Positions 19,831 through 29,154 of a DNA stretch of 64,000 nucleotides are shown in pieces. This stretch comes from an uncultured Chloroflexia bacterium (GTDB lineage Bacteria; Chloroflexota; Anaerolineae; JAAYZQ01). The translations under genes were made by a program, and so were the position numbers. The stretch spans positions 1,024,001 through 1,088,000 of the forward strand of contig CAVOXA010000001.1 of assembly GCA_963700285.1 (NCBI GenBank), given 5' to 3'. The notes under the pieces were generated by a model. The model did not search any database. It was not told the DNA's origin and saw only the letters and a list, made by a program, of their open reading frames with translations. Numbering within the stretch: position 1 is the first letter of the stretch; every line of letters begins with the position of its first letter.

Positions 19831-22623
19831 TTGCGCTCATCCGAGAAACCTTGGCGAACCCACGTCTTGATCCTGGGCGCCTATTTGCTGCTGGCCTTGC
19901 TGCTGACCTGGCCGCTTGCGCTGAACCTGAGAACGCACGTGCCAGGCAACGGCGTGGACGACCCGCCCTTGACCTGGAACCTTTGGTGGGTTCGGCACGC
20001 CCTCGTCGATCTGGGGACCAATCCCTTCGATTCTGACTACCTGTTCTACCCGCTGGGTATCAACTTGAGCTTTTATACTCTGACAGTGCTCAATGGATTG
20101 CTCTCCATCCCCCTGCAGTTGTTTTTGGGCCTGGTCCCAGCGAGCAATCTGCTGCTCCTGTCCTCGTTTGTCCTCGGTGGCTATGGAGCTTTTCTCCTGG
20201 CGTTCTTGATATTGTGTCCGCGTCAACATGAACGCGATGGCGCAGACCAAAGACACCCGCCGCTCGTTCCTGCCCAGTATGTTGCCGCTTTTGTCGCTGG
20301 ACTGCTGTATGCTTTTTCCTCGAGCAAGCTCGCTTATGCGGCTCTGGGCCAGTGGAACATTGCCAGCTCCCAGTGGATCCCCTTCTACGTACTCTATCTC
20401 TTCAAAGTGACCCAGCATCCCCGGCGATGGCGCTTTGTGTTCTTGGCCTGCCTGTTTCTGTTGCTTCAGGCCTATGCCGAGCTAACCTACGCGACGTTCC
20501 TCGTGTTGTTCACCGGCCTGTGGTTGCTGTGGCAAGTCCTTGTCCACCGACGGAATCTGAGGTCAGCACAAGCAGGGCGCCTGGTGGCCAACCTTGTCTT
20601 GATCGGACTGCTCATGGTTGTGGGCCTGGCTCCGATGCTGGCCACAATGATCCCTGATATGCTCGTCGAGGGCGACGTCTTTGCCGAGGGAGGTGGTTTC
20701 TCTGACGTATTTTCGGCGGATCTTTTGGGCTTTCTGGTACCGACCAGGTACCACCCTATGCTGGGTACGATGGTTGAGCGTTTCCGCTTTGATCATACCG
20801 TGGGCCAGCACATCTATGTAGGAGTCGCTACGCTGGTTCTGGCAGTGGTGGGGCTTGTCTACTGGGCGCGAGGGACCGGGCAAGCACTGGCCGGTTCTGG
20901 GTCGGATTCGGCCCAGTGGCCTGACGGTGCGGGTAAAGTCTCTCTTTGGGCCCGCTATGGCCTCTGGGTCAAGTTTTGGTCCCTGTCGGCGCTGGTATTC
21001 TGGTTGTTGGCCCTGGGACCCACGCTGCGACTGGACGGGCAGGCAACGAACCTGCCCCTGCCCTTTTCCCTGGTGGCTCAACTGCCCTTTCTCAAAGGCA
21101 ATCGGTACCCCAGTCGCTACAGCGTGCTCCTGGTCCTGAGCCTGGCCATGCTGGTTGCTTTTGGGCTATTGGCCATCCTGCGGGTCCTCAGAAAGTGGCC
21201 CTCCGCGATCCTGCAGGCTGCGACGCTGCTCCTGGTGGGGTTCCTGCTCTTTGAGCAGCTATCTATCCCTCTCCCTCTCTCCGACATGCGCGTTCCAGAG
21301 GTGTACGACATCGTCGCCAGCGAGATGCCTGGGGAGTATACCCTGCTAGATCTGCCCGTGGCCTGGCGTAATGGATCCCGTGTCATGGGTACCCAACACC
21401 CCCTCATCATGTTTGAGCAATACTACCAATCGGCCCACGGCCAGCGGATCTTGGCGGGCAATACCTCGCGCAACCCGCCCCTCAAGTTCCAGTATTTTGT
21501 CAATGCACCCGTGATCAACAGCATCATCGCCCTGGAGACTGGGCACGAGATAGGCCAGGACATCGTTGAGCGGGATCGCAACCTCGCGCCTGAGGTACTG
21601 CGGTTCCTGGATATCCAGGCCATCGTCGTTCACCCGGAACAGACAGGACCTGGCATGATCCCCTATATCGAGGAGGTCGTACCCGTCCGGCGCCTCTACG
21701 AGGATGCCGGCGTCGTTGCCTATGGCGTCGACCTGCCCCCCTGGCCCGAGACTTGGAGCATCGTGCCAGGCGACGATCTGGGCAAGCTGAGTTTTGCCGA
21801 AGGCTGGGGGATACCTGCGCACGACACGATCTGGGCGCAACGCCGCGCGGCCCGACTGCTCGTGCCCTTGAACGGTGCAGCTCAGAAGATGGCCTTCCGG
21901 GCCTACTCCCCGGAAGGGGGCCAGCAGCTGACGCTCGAGGTCAACGGGCAGCCGGTACAGCACATCGGCATGGCTGCTGGCTGGATGGAGTACGAGTTCA
22001 CCGTGCCCGCCAAAGCCCTGCAGCCAGGCCTGAATGAGATCTGGCTGCGCTTTGAAGAACTGGCTCCTGCGAGCCAGGTGCGGCTGTCGCTCCGGGAAAT
22101 CGGGCACACGGGCGTGGAATCGCCGGTCAACTTGGTGGTGGAGAGCGCTGGATTAGAGGTTGGCGACTTTGGCTACATTCACGTCGACGGCGAGAACGTG
22201 TCACTCAACCAGCGTGGCTACAATGTAGCTGTCCTGGATCCCCAGAGTGGGGCTGTAGAGCAAGTCTCAGCATTTGACACGCACTTGGACGAGGGCGCGA
22301 GCCGGGCACTGGCAGGCTTTCTTTCCAGCGTGCCCTCTGGGCATATCGTGGCTGTCGCTGCTGCCGACGAAGCCTCTCAGTATCTGGGTGAGGATGCGAT
22401 AGCTGCGCTACAAGGCATCGGTGCGGTGGGAGACTTGCGGGGCAAGACACGCTGGGGCCACAGCATCATTGGCGTCCAAGGGGCGCCTCCAGGTACGGCT
22501 CTGGAGGCGCTGGGCTGGATGCGACCGGTTAACGTGGTTGCAGGCGAGGGGGCAACAGAACCCACCCTGGCCGCTGCCTTCTCCAGTTTTGACTTTTGGC
22601 CTATCGAGGAGTCGCAAGACTGA
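19831..22623 (+). CDS. YfhO-like GT-C membrane protein with C-terminal ILEI (GG-type lectin) domain
   Basis: DPPLTWNLWW, YLFYPLG, LLALGP, RYPSRY and many TM segments; C-terminal RGYNVAVLDPQSG...FDTH...IVAVAAADEAS...LGA...R.GHSIIG matches the ILEI pattern. Confidence 0.75.
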   Translation: MRSSEKPWRTHVLILGAYLLLALLLTWPLALNLRTHVPGNGVDDPPLTWNLWWVRHALVDLGTNPFDSDYLFYPLGINLSFYTLTVLNGLLSIPLQLFLGLVPASNLLLLSSFVLGGYGAFLLAFLILCPRQHERDGADQRHPPLVPAQYVAAFVAGLLYAFSSSKLAYAALGQWNIASSQWIPFYVLYLFKVTQHPRRWRFVFLACLFLLLQAYAELTYATFLVLFTGLWLLWQVLVHRRNLRSAQAGRLVANLVLIGLLMVVGLAPMLATMIPDMLVEGDVFAEGGGFSDVFSADLLGFLVPTRYHPMLGTMVERFRFDHTVGQHIYVGVATLVLAVVGLVYWARGTGQALAGSGSDSAQWPDGAGKVSLWARYGLWVKFWSLSALVFWLLALGPTLRLDGQATNLPLPFSLVAQLPFLKGNRYPSRYSVLLVLSLAMLVAFGLLAILRVLRKWPSAILQAATLLLVGFLLFEQLSIPLPLSDMRVPEVYDIVASEMPGEYTLLDLPVAWRNGSRVMGTQHPLIMFEQYYQSAHGQRILAGNTSRNPPLKFQYFVNAPVINSIIALETGHEIGQDIVERDRNLAPEVLRFLDIQAIVVHPEQTGPGMIPYIEEVVPVRRLYEDAGVVAYGVDLPPWPETWSIVPGDDLGKLSFAEGWGIPAHDTIWAQRRAARLLVPLNGAAQKMAFRAYSPEGGQQLTLEVNGQPVQHIGMAAGWMEYEFTVPAKALQPGLNEIWLRFEELAPASQVRLSLREIGHTGVESPVNLVVESAGLEVGDFGYIHVDGENVSLNQRGYNVAVLDPQSGAVEQVSAFDTHLDEGASRALAGFLSSVPSGHIVAVAAADEASQYLGEDAIAALQGIGAVGDLRGKTRWGHSIIGVQGAPPGTALEALGWMRPVNVVAGEGATEPTLAAAFSSFDFWPIEESQD

Positions 22624-22649
22624 GCCTGATCCGTTCTGTTGTTTCCGAT

Positions 22650-22678
22650 TTGACAGGTATTGGGCAAAGATCTATAAT
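22650..22678 (+). promoter_or_regulatory. Perfect consensus sigma70 promoter for efp
   Basis: TTGACA (22650-22655), 17 nt, TATAAT (22673-22678). Confidence 0.85.
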
Positions 22679-22829
22679 CAGCGGATCGTAGTGCGCCTGC
22701 CTGTGCTCAGGCCGCGTCCGTGGTCCGGTGGAGTTCCCATGGGAGACACCGGTGAGGGGCTGGTTGGGTGCGACGTGCTGCGGTCTACAGAGAATCGCCG
22801 TATCGGCAAGAGCACAAGGAGTTGCCATA

Positions 22830-23387
22830 ATGATTGACGTGAACGCACTGCGCAAGGGTGTGACCTTTACTATGGACGACGGGTTGTGGAAGGTCATTGA
22901 CTACCAGCACCACAAGCCTGGCCGGGGCAAGGCCGTCATCCGCACCAAACTGCGCAACCTGCGCACTGGGGCCACCATCGACAAGAACTTTACCTCCGGC
23001 GACCGTGTCCAGGACATTCGCCTGGACCATCAGACCGTCCAGTATCTGTACAGTGATGGAGATTTTCTTTACTTTATGGATACTGAGACCTACGAGCAGT
23101 TCCCGTTGGCCGGCGCCATCCTCGAGGATGCCAAGCCTTACCTCGTGGAAACCATGGAGATTGAACTCTCCAGCTACGAGGGCGAGCCACTGGATATAGA
23201 ACTACCCATCACCGTCGATCTTCGAGTGGTGGAAGCCCCGCCAGGTTTTGCCGGGGACACGGCAAGCGGGGCGACCAAGGAGGTGACGCTGGAGACCGGT
23301 TTCAAGCTCCAGGTTCCGCTGTTCATCGCCGAAGATGATGTACTGCGCATTGACACCCGTGATGGCCGGTACGTGACGCGCGTGTAG
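22830..23387 (+). CDS. efp: Elongation factor P
   Basis: KPGRG loop, QYLYSDG, FMDTETYEQ, GDTASG.K..LETG..LQVPLFI, IDTRDG.YVTR; SD AAGGAG. Confidence 0.98.
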   Translation: MIDVNALRKGVTFTMDDGLWKVIDYQHHKPGRGKAVIRTKLRNLRTGATIDKNFTSGDRVQDIRLDHQTVQYLYSDGDFLYFMDTETYEQFPLAGAILEDAKPYLVETMEIELSSYEGEPLDIELPITVDLRVVEAPPGFAGDTASGATKEVTLETGFKLQVPLFIAEDDVLRIDTRDGRYVTRV

Positions 23388-23410
23388 CTCTTTCTGCGCT
23401 TGAAGAGTGG

Positions 23411-23443
23411 AAAAGGGCCTTCCCCTTTTGGGGGAGGCCTTTG
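23411..23443. terminator. Bidirectional intrinsic terminator between efp and the macrodomain gene
   Basis: AAAAGGGCCTTCCCC-TTTT-GGGGGAGGCCTTT hairpin between convergent genes. Confidence 0.7.
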
Positions 23444-23470
23444 CTGTGTGCCTCCGACCAACCTCCAGGG

Positions 23471-24031
23471 CTACCCGTCGACAGCTGTGCTTTCCATCAG
23501 TTGGCTCAGGCTGCGTTGGTATACCTGGTAAGCTTGCCAGCCATAGAGCACAAAACGAACGGACCCGATGCCAACCTGGTCCTGACCGGTCAAGTAGTCG
23601 ATCACAGTCTGAAGTGCAATCGGCGCCGCTTCATCCAGAGGGTAGCCGTAGGCGCCAGTGCTGATGGAAGGGAAAGCCACGCTCTTTATGCCGTGTTCAG
23701 CGGCTACCTCCAGGCTACGGCGGTAGGCGCTGGACAGCAACTTGGCGGCGCCCACAGCATTCTCTTGCCAGTAGATTGGTCCCACCGTGTGGATCACGTA
23801 CCGCGCCTGGAGCCGGCCTCCCGTCGTGAGCTTGGCGTCGCCTGTCTCGCAGCCCCCAAGTTTGCGGCATTCGGCCAGGATCTGGGGTCCTCCTGCGCGA
23901 TGGATTGCACCGTCCACGCCTCCACCGCCCAGTAGTGAGCTGTTGGCGGCATTGACAATGGCCTCGGTATCCTGCTTTGTAATGTCGCCTTCTGCCAGTT
24001 CCAGCACCGCCTGCTTGATTTGAACTCTCAC
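23471..24031 (-). CDS. Macrodomain protein (O-acetyl-ADP-ribose deacetylase, YmdB-like)
   Basis: [49 protein letters not shown]. Confidence 0.95.
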   Translation of the reverse strand: MRVQIKQAVLELAEGDITKQDTEAIVNAANSSLLGGGGVDGAIHRAGGPQILAECRKLGGCETGDAKLTTGGRLQARYVIHTVGPIYWQENAVGAAKLLSSAYRRSLEVAAEHGIKSVAFPSISTGAYGYPLDEAAPIALQTVIDYLTGQDQVGIGSVRFVLYGWQAYQVYQRSLSQLMESTAVDG

Positions 24032-24178
24032 TGGAAACCTCCTTTCGTGCCGCGGTTGCAGGCAGGGGCCGCGGCCGTGTTGGGCGCCATGTTCTGACCA
24101 TCAAGATCACACCTCCCTGACGCCGTGTCCCTGCCCTGATTTGCCCCCCAGTTTGTTCCACGGTATAGTAGCAGCACC

Positions 24179-25303
24179 ATGACCCTGCCACACGGCGTTC
24201 ACGGCATTAGCGAATCCATTGACGTGCCGGCCATGTCCCGCTGTCTATTGGACTGGTATGAACGTCATCGCCGCGACCTGCCCTGGCGGCGCGTCCGCGA
24301 GCCCTATGCCATCTGGGTGGCCGAGATCATGCTCCAGCAGACGCGGGTCGATACCGTCATCGTCTATTATGAACGGTTCCTGCTCAGGTTCCCCACCCTG
24401 GACGCGCTGGCAGCGGCCCCCTTGGACGATGTTCTCAAGGCGTGGGAGGGTCTCGGCTACTATGCTCGTGCCCGGAACCTGCACGCCGCGGCGCGCAAGA
24501 TCCGTGAAACGCTCGATGGCTGCCTGCCCCACTCGCCAGAAGACCTACGACGTCTGCCGGGCGTGGGCCGCTATACGGCCGCGGCCATCGCCAGCATTGC
24601 CTTTGGACAGGATGCCGTAGCCCTGGACAGCAATCTGCGCCGGGTGCTGTGTCGCATCTTTGCCATTGACGACGATCCCGGCCGGCCCAGTACCCAGCAC
24701 CGGCTGGAGGCCTTGGGCTTGGTCCTGCTGCCCCCTGGCCGAGCCAGCGACTTTAACCAGGCCCTCATGGACCTAGGCGCTCTTGTCTGCACCCCCAGCA
24801 GCCCTCGTTGCCTGATCTGTCCCCTGATGAATCTCTGCCTGGCCCAGAAAGAGGGCATTCAGGAAGCGCTGCCCATCCGCGCCACGCGTACCTTCCGTCC
24901 CCATCGCGATGTCACGGCGGGCGTGATCTATGACCAGCGAGGTCGCTTTCTGATTACGCGGCGCCCCCTGGATGGGCTCCTGGGTGGTCTCTGGGAATTC
25001 CCTGGGGGCAAACGACGTCCTGGCGAGAAGCTAGCGCCCTGTCTCAGGCGGGAGATCATTGAGGAACTGGCCATCGAGATCGAAATCGGTGAGCTGCTGT
25101 GCAAGATAGAGCACTCGTTCACGCATTTTTATATGACACTGTACGCTTTCCACTGCCAATGGCTGGGTGGCGAACCCCAGTGTCTGGGCTGTGACGACCT
25201 GCGCTGGGTCACCCTCGACCAGCTTGATGCCTTTGCTTTCCCCGTGGCTGACCAAAAGATCATTGCCACCCTACGGGATCGAGCCTTAGCCGGCAGTCAC
25301 TAA
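24179..25303 (+). CDS. mutY: A/G-specific adenine glycosylase with C-terminal Nudix domain
   Basis: RDLPWR, EIMLQQT, WEGLGYYARARNLH, LPGVGRYTA, [4Fe-4S] motif CTPSSPRCLICPLMNLC, LWEFPGGK. Confidence 0.95.
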   Translation: MTLPHGVHGISESIDVPAMSRCLLDWYERHRRDLPWRRVREPYAIWVAEIMLQQTRVDTVIVYYERFLLRFPTLDALAAAPLDDVLKAWEGLGYYARARNLHAAARKIRETLDGCLPHSPEDLRRLPGVGRYTAAAIASIAFGQDAVALDSNLRRVLCRIFAIDDDPGRPSTQHRLEALGLVLLPPGRASDFNQALMDLGALVCTPSSPRCLICPLMNLCLAQKEGIQEALPIRATRTFRPHRDVTAGVIYDQRGRFLITRRPLDGLLGGLWEFPGGKRRPGEKLAPCLRREIIEELAIEIEIGELLCKIEHSFTHFYMTLYAFHCQWLGGEPQCLGCDDLRWVTLDQLDAFAFPVADQKIIATLRDRALAGSH

Positions 25304-25311
25304 CCCTCCCA

Positions 25312-26757
25312 TCAGTCAAACTGCATGAATCGTCGTACCGTTTGCACAAACTCGATCGGCGAAGGACGGTAGGGGTGGATGCGGTTCTTGACCGCGTAGC
25401 CCTTCCATAGCTTGTAGGCCAGGCGAAAGATAGAGTTGGGTGGCAGTTTGATGAGCCGGCGGATCGTGCCCATCAGCCACGGCCATTCGACGGCCAGTGC
25501 GAAGAGCTTGTTAAAGTTCTCGATCTGGCGTTTCTCCTCAGGCGTCGAAAAGGCGAGGACCGACCGCTCCCAGGCCGATGGATCAATGTCCTCCAGGGAT
25601 CCCTCGACGTAGCCGTTTTCTCGGGCATACTCGCCCAGCTCGGTACGCGGGTAGGGCTGGTAGAGAAAGGCATTGGCGTAGGCTGGCTTGCAAGCATGGT
25701 TCAGAGCCAGCGTCTCAAAATCATCCTCCAGCGTGCCGCCCGGCAGGCCCACCATATTGGTCGTGAGCAGCCGGATGCCTGCCCCACGGATAAGAGCGCT
25801 GGCCTCGACGATCTGCTCGTCCGAGAGGTTGCGTTTGAGGATCTCGTTGCGCAGCGTAGGGTTGCCGGTCTCCAGTCCCATGCCTACGCTGGCGCAGCCC
25901 GCCCGCTTGAGCATCTCGATCTTTTGTGGGGTCACAAGATTGGCCCTCACGTTGCAAAAGAAGGGCAGCCCTACTTCGCGGGGCAGTTTTTCAGCCAGCT
26001 CCTCCAGCCAGTTGGCATAAACGATAAAGAGGTCGTCCAGAAAGACGACGAATTGCAGCGGGTATCGCTCCTGGACCCATCGGATTTCCTCAATGACCTT
26101 GTCGACGCTCATCTGGCGCAGTCGCTTGCCCTTGCCCTGGTATACTTGGGCCAGGGCGTGGTTGAAGCAGTAGGTGCAATCGTAGGGACAGCCCCGGCTG
26201 GTGATGAAATGCTTGATGCCGCTCTGCCGGGAAAAGTCATCCTTTTCGAAAAGCAGCTCGCGGTCAGGGAAAGCGATGCGGTCCATGTCGTCTTCGAGGG
26301 AGCGAACCGAGTTGCGCTCAACCCTTCCATCGCGCTTGAACCACCAATTGTCGATGCCGGTGAGGGGGCGCCCCGCCTGAACGTTCTCCACCAGATCCAG
26401 GATGGCGCCTTCCGCTTCACCGATGCAGACCGCGTCCACCCCCGGCTCCTCCACATACTCGGGAAAATAGGTGGGGTGCGGGCCGCCAAAGACAGAGACG
26501 ACCTCTGCCGCTTCCTTGATGCGCAGGTTCAGATCGCGATAGTAGCCCTGCGAGCCGGTGTACACGCTATAGCCCACGACCCCGGGCTGCCACTCGCGGG
26601 CCACCGCCACCGGATCCTCGTCAGATGCTACCGCCAGGCGCACATCGTGCCCTGCCTGTCGCAGCACGCTCGACAGGTAGAGCAGCCCCAACGGCTCATA
26701 GTCGATCTGTTTTTCGACAAAGAGAATTCGCATAGTTGATGGGGCCTTCGTCCTCAC
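25312..26757 (-). CDS. Cobalamin-binding radical SAM protein (class B methyltransferase-like)
   Basis: PLGLLYLSS, GGPHPT, IGEAE, SRGCPYDCTYC, DDLF, GLETG, MVGLPG. Start 26757 or 26733. Confidence 0.9.
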   Translation of the reverse strand: MRTKAPSTMRILFVEKQIDYEPLGLLYLSSVLRQAGHDVRLAVASDEDPVAVAREWQPGVVGYSVYTGSQGYYRDLNLRIKEAAEVVSVFGGPHPTYFPEYVEEPGVDAVCIGEAEGAILDLVENVQAGRPLTGIDNWWFKRDGRVERNSVRSLEDDMDRIAFPDRELLFEKDDFSRQSGIKHFITSRGCPYDCTYCFNHALAQVYQGKGKRLRQMSVDKVIEEIRWVQERYPLQFVVFLDDLFIVYANWLEELAEKLPREVGLPFFCNVRANLVTPQKIEMLKRAGCASVGMGLETGNPTLRNEILKRNLSDEQIVEASALIRGAGIRLLTTNMVGLPGGTLEDDFETLALNHACKPAYANAFLYQPYPRTELGEYARENGYVEGSLEDIDPSAWERSVLAFSTPEEKRQIENFNKLFALAVEWPWLMGTIRRLIKLPPNSIFRLAYKLWKGYAVKNRIHPYRPSPIEFVQTVRRFMQFD

Positions 26758-27794
26758 CTACATTCGCACGCCGTCGACAACGGTTCCGCAGTGGATGCAC
26801 TTGCCATCCCTGATCTGTCGCCTTCTGACCTGGAAGCCCCATCTCTCGATGACGGCCTGGTTGCAGTTGGGGCAGAAAGTATTCTCCAGGTGGGCGTCGG
26901 GCAAGTTGCCGACGTAGACGTAGCGCAGCCCAGACTGTCTGCCCAGCTCGTAGGCCCGGCGCAGGGTGGCCTGGGGCGTTGTGCCCCGGTCGTGCATCTT
27001 GTAGTCGGGATGGAAACGGCTGACGTGCCAGGGGGTCTCCACGCCCAGCTCAGTAGCGATGAAATGAGCAATGTCTCCCAGTTCGCCGGCGGAATCGTTC
27101 ATCTCGGGCACCACCAGAGTGGTCACTTCGACCCAGATTCCCAACTCTTTCATGTTTTTGAGGGAGTCCAGAACTGGCTGGAGCCGGGCTCCACAGACCC
27201 TTCTGTAGGTCGTCATCGCGGAAGGCCTTCAAGTCCACGTTGGCCGCGTTGAGCCACGGTTCGTGGCCGTTTCCCAGGCCCTGGAAGAGTTCCAGCATCT
27301 CGCGCGTCATGTAGCCATTGGTGACATAGACGCTGGCGATGTCTACTTGGCTGGGCCAGGCGGGCGATGTCGTAGCTGTATTCGAAAAAGATGGTCGGTT
27401 CGGTGTAGGTGTAGGCGATGGAATGGCGAGCCGAGCTCTCTGCGCTGCACGGACTACCTCTTCTGGTGTCGCTTGGCGGCCCAGGATCTGGCCCCGTTCA
27501 CGGGGCATCTGCGAGATGTCGGCATTCTGGCAGAAGGCGCAGCGGAAAGTTGCAGCCGGCAGTGGCAATGGAGAAGGCGGTGCTGCCCGGGTAAAAGTGA
27601 AACAGAGGTTTCTTTTCGATGGGGTCGACGGCCTGTGACAGCGGAATGCCGTAGACCAGCGTGTAGAGCGTCCCATCCCGGTTCTCGCGGACCAGGCAGA
27701 CCCCTTTGCGCCCCGGCTTGATGACACAGCGGTGTGCGCACAGGTCACACCGCACTTTCTGGTCCTCAAGCCTCTCGTAGAGCAGGGCCTCCAC
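26758..27794 (-). CDS. amrS: AmmeMemoRadiSam system radical SAM enzyme; frameshifted in this sequence
   Basis: Fragments across frames: VRCDLCAHRC, DPIEKKPLFHFYPG, GCNF/RCAFCQN, VTNGY, NVDLK, WVEVTTLVVP, PWHVSRFHPDY, YVYVGN, TFCPNC. GTG 27794 with SD AGGAGG; about 4 indels. Confidence 0.88.
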
Positions 27795-27945
27795 CGTTGC
27801 TTGCCTCCTACGTGGCCGGTGTCCCAATCACCTACCTGCCAACCACCTTGGGTACAGGTACTCAAGTCGTCCTGCGGAACACTCGGGATGATTCCAGGCC
27901 AAGGGCGAGGGATGTACTCAGCCATTGACAAAGGTAGTCTTCTGG

Positions 27946-28716
27946 TTAAAGTCCCCCGTTCAGCGAGGCCAGGATCGCCTCCAGCGACCTCCGGCTGGGC
28001 GCGTCCGCTGGCAGCTTGACGATGGGTTCGCCCAGGGCATCCAGCTCGTTCACTGCCGGGTCGGCGGGAATGAGCCCCGCCAGCTCGAGTTTGTGCTCTT
28101 CGATGGCATCCATCAGGGGCTCCGGCAGCTTGTCGCCGTTGACTCGGTTGACGATGAGATAGACCGCGCCCACCTCGGTCTTGAGTTCGTCGACCAGCTC
28201 TGCCACCCGCCCGGCGGCGACGATGCCCCGCAGCGATGGGTCGCAGACGATGAGCAGCAGGTCCACGTCGCGGGTAGTGCGCCGGCTAAGGTGCTCCAGT
28301 CCCGCCTCGTTGTCGATGACTACGTACTCATAGGCGTCCGAGAGGCGGTCCACGGAGGTGCGCAGGATGTTGTTGGCTGCACAGTAGCAACCCGGGCCCT
28401 CCGGCCGGCCCATGGCCAGCAGGTCGAAAGATGCCTCCTCAGTGAGCGCGTCGTTGATTCGAAAGTCGAGATAGTCCCACTTGCTCATGCCGCCCAAGGC
28501 CTGGCTGCCGCCGACGGCCGTGGCCGTCTCTTCGCGCACGTCGCCCACGGTATCATGGAGCGGCACGCCCAAGGCCAGATTGAGATTGGTACTGGGATCA
28601 GCATCAATGGCCAGGATAGCACCCTTGTTTTTCTTTGCGAGATAGTCGATGACCAGCGCCGAGATGGTGGTCTTGCCAGTTCCGCCTTTGCCGGCGACCG
28701 CGATGGTCTTGGTCAC
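27946..28716 (-). CDS. cooC: CooC/AcsF-family nickel-insertion ATPase (MinD/CbiA P-loop)
   Basis: IAVAGKGGTGKTT, IDADP, MGRPEGPGCYC (Ni-binding CxC), DNEAGLEHLSR. Confidence 0.85.
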   Translation of the reverse strand: MTKTIAVAGKGGTGKTTISALVIDYLAKKNKGAILAIDADPSTNLNLALGVPLHDTVGDVREETATAVGGSQALGGMSKWDYLDFRINDALTEEASFDLLAMGRPEGPGCYCAANNILRTSVDRLSDAYEYVVIDNEAGLEHLSRRTTRDVDLLLIVCDPSLRGIVAAGRVAELVDELKTEVGAVYLIVNRVNGDKLPEPLMDAIEEHKLELAGLIPADPAVNELDALGEPIVKLPADAPSRRSLEAILASLNGGL

Positions 28717-29154
28717 TTCCAACCCCCTAACTTGGACTGAGTTGCTTTGACTGGATGGTAGCATAGAGGATCCTAGCTGTCAAGGACAGGCGCTGACAAA
28801 AACCGGCAACTGGCTCTATTCAGAACCGACCCTTGTTCTTTCAGAGACGGGTTCCTGCCACCACCGCCCACGGTGCCGCCCCACTGGTGATTTGGTACGC
28901 GCTGCCTTGCGTGGTATAATGCGGGCGAGCGAGCTGGGCCTGTTCTGACCGCCTCAGTGTCTCCAAGCGTACGTGCGTGGCTGAACCAACGACCAAGATG
29001 CCGTCCTATGCCAACGCGAACGCAGTGCCGTCAGCACATTGGCGCCGCGGGCCAAAAGCCTTTCACGGAAACGCAGCAAGAGGGCGGTTGTGTGACAAGG
29101 TTTCTGGGCTACGGGGCGGCTGGGACCATGGCCGACAAGGGGAGGCAGCGTGTG

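Noticed and set aside
28921-29150. Long prs leader with CCGCGGGCCAAAAGCC (29045-29060), resembling the 3' part of ykkC (guanidine/PRPP/ppGpp) riboswitches
   Set aside because: The conserved 5' AGGGUUCC and the 3' CGGGAG elements are missing; the resemblance is too partial without an Rfam search.
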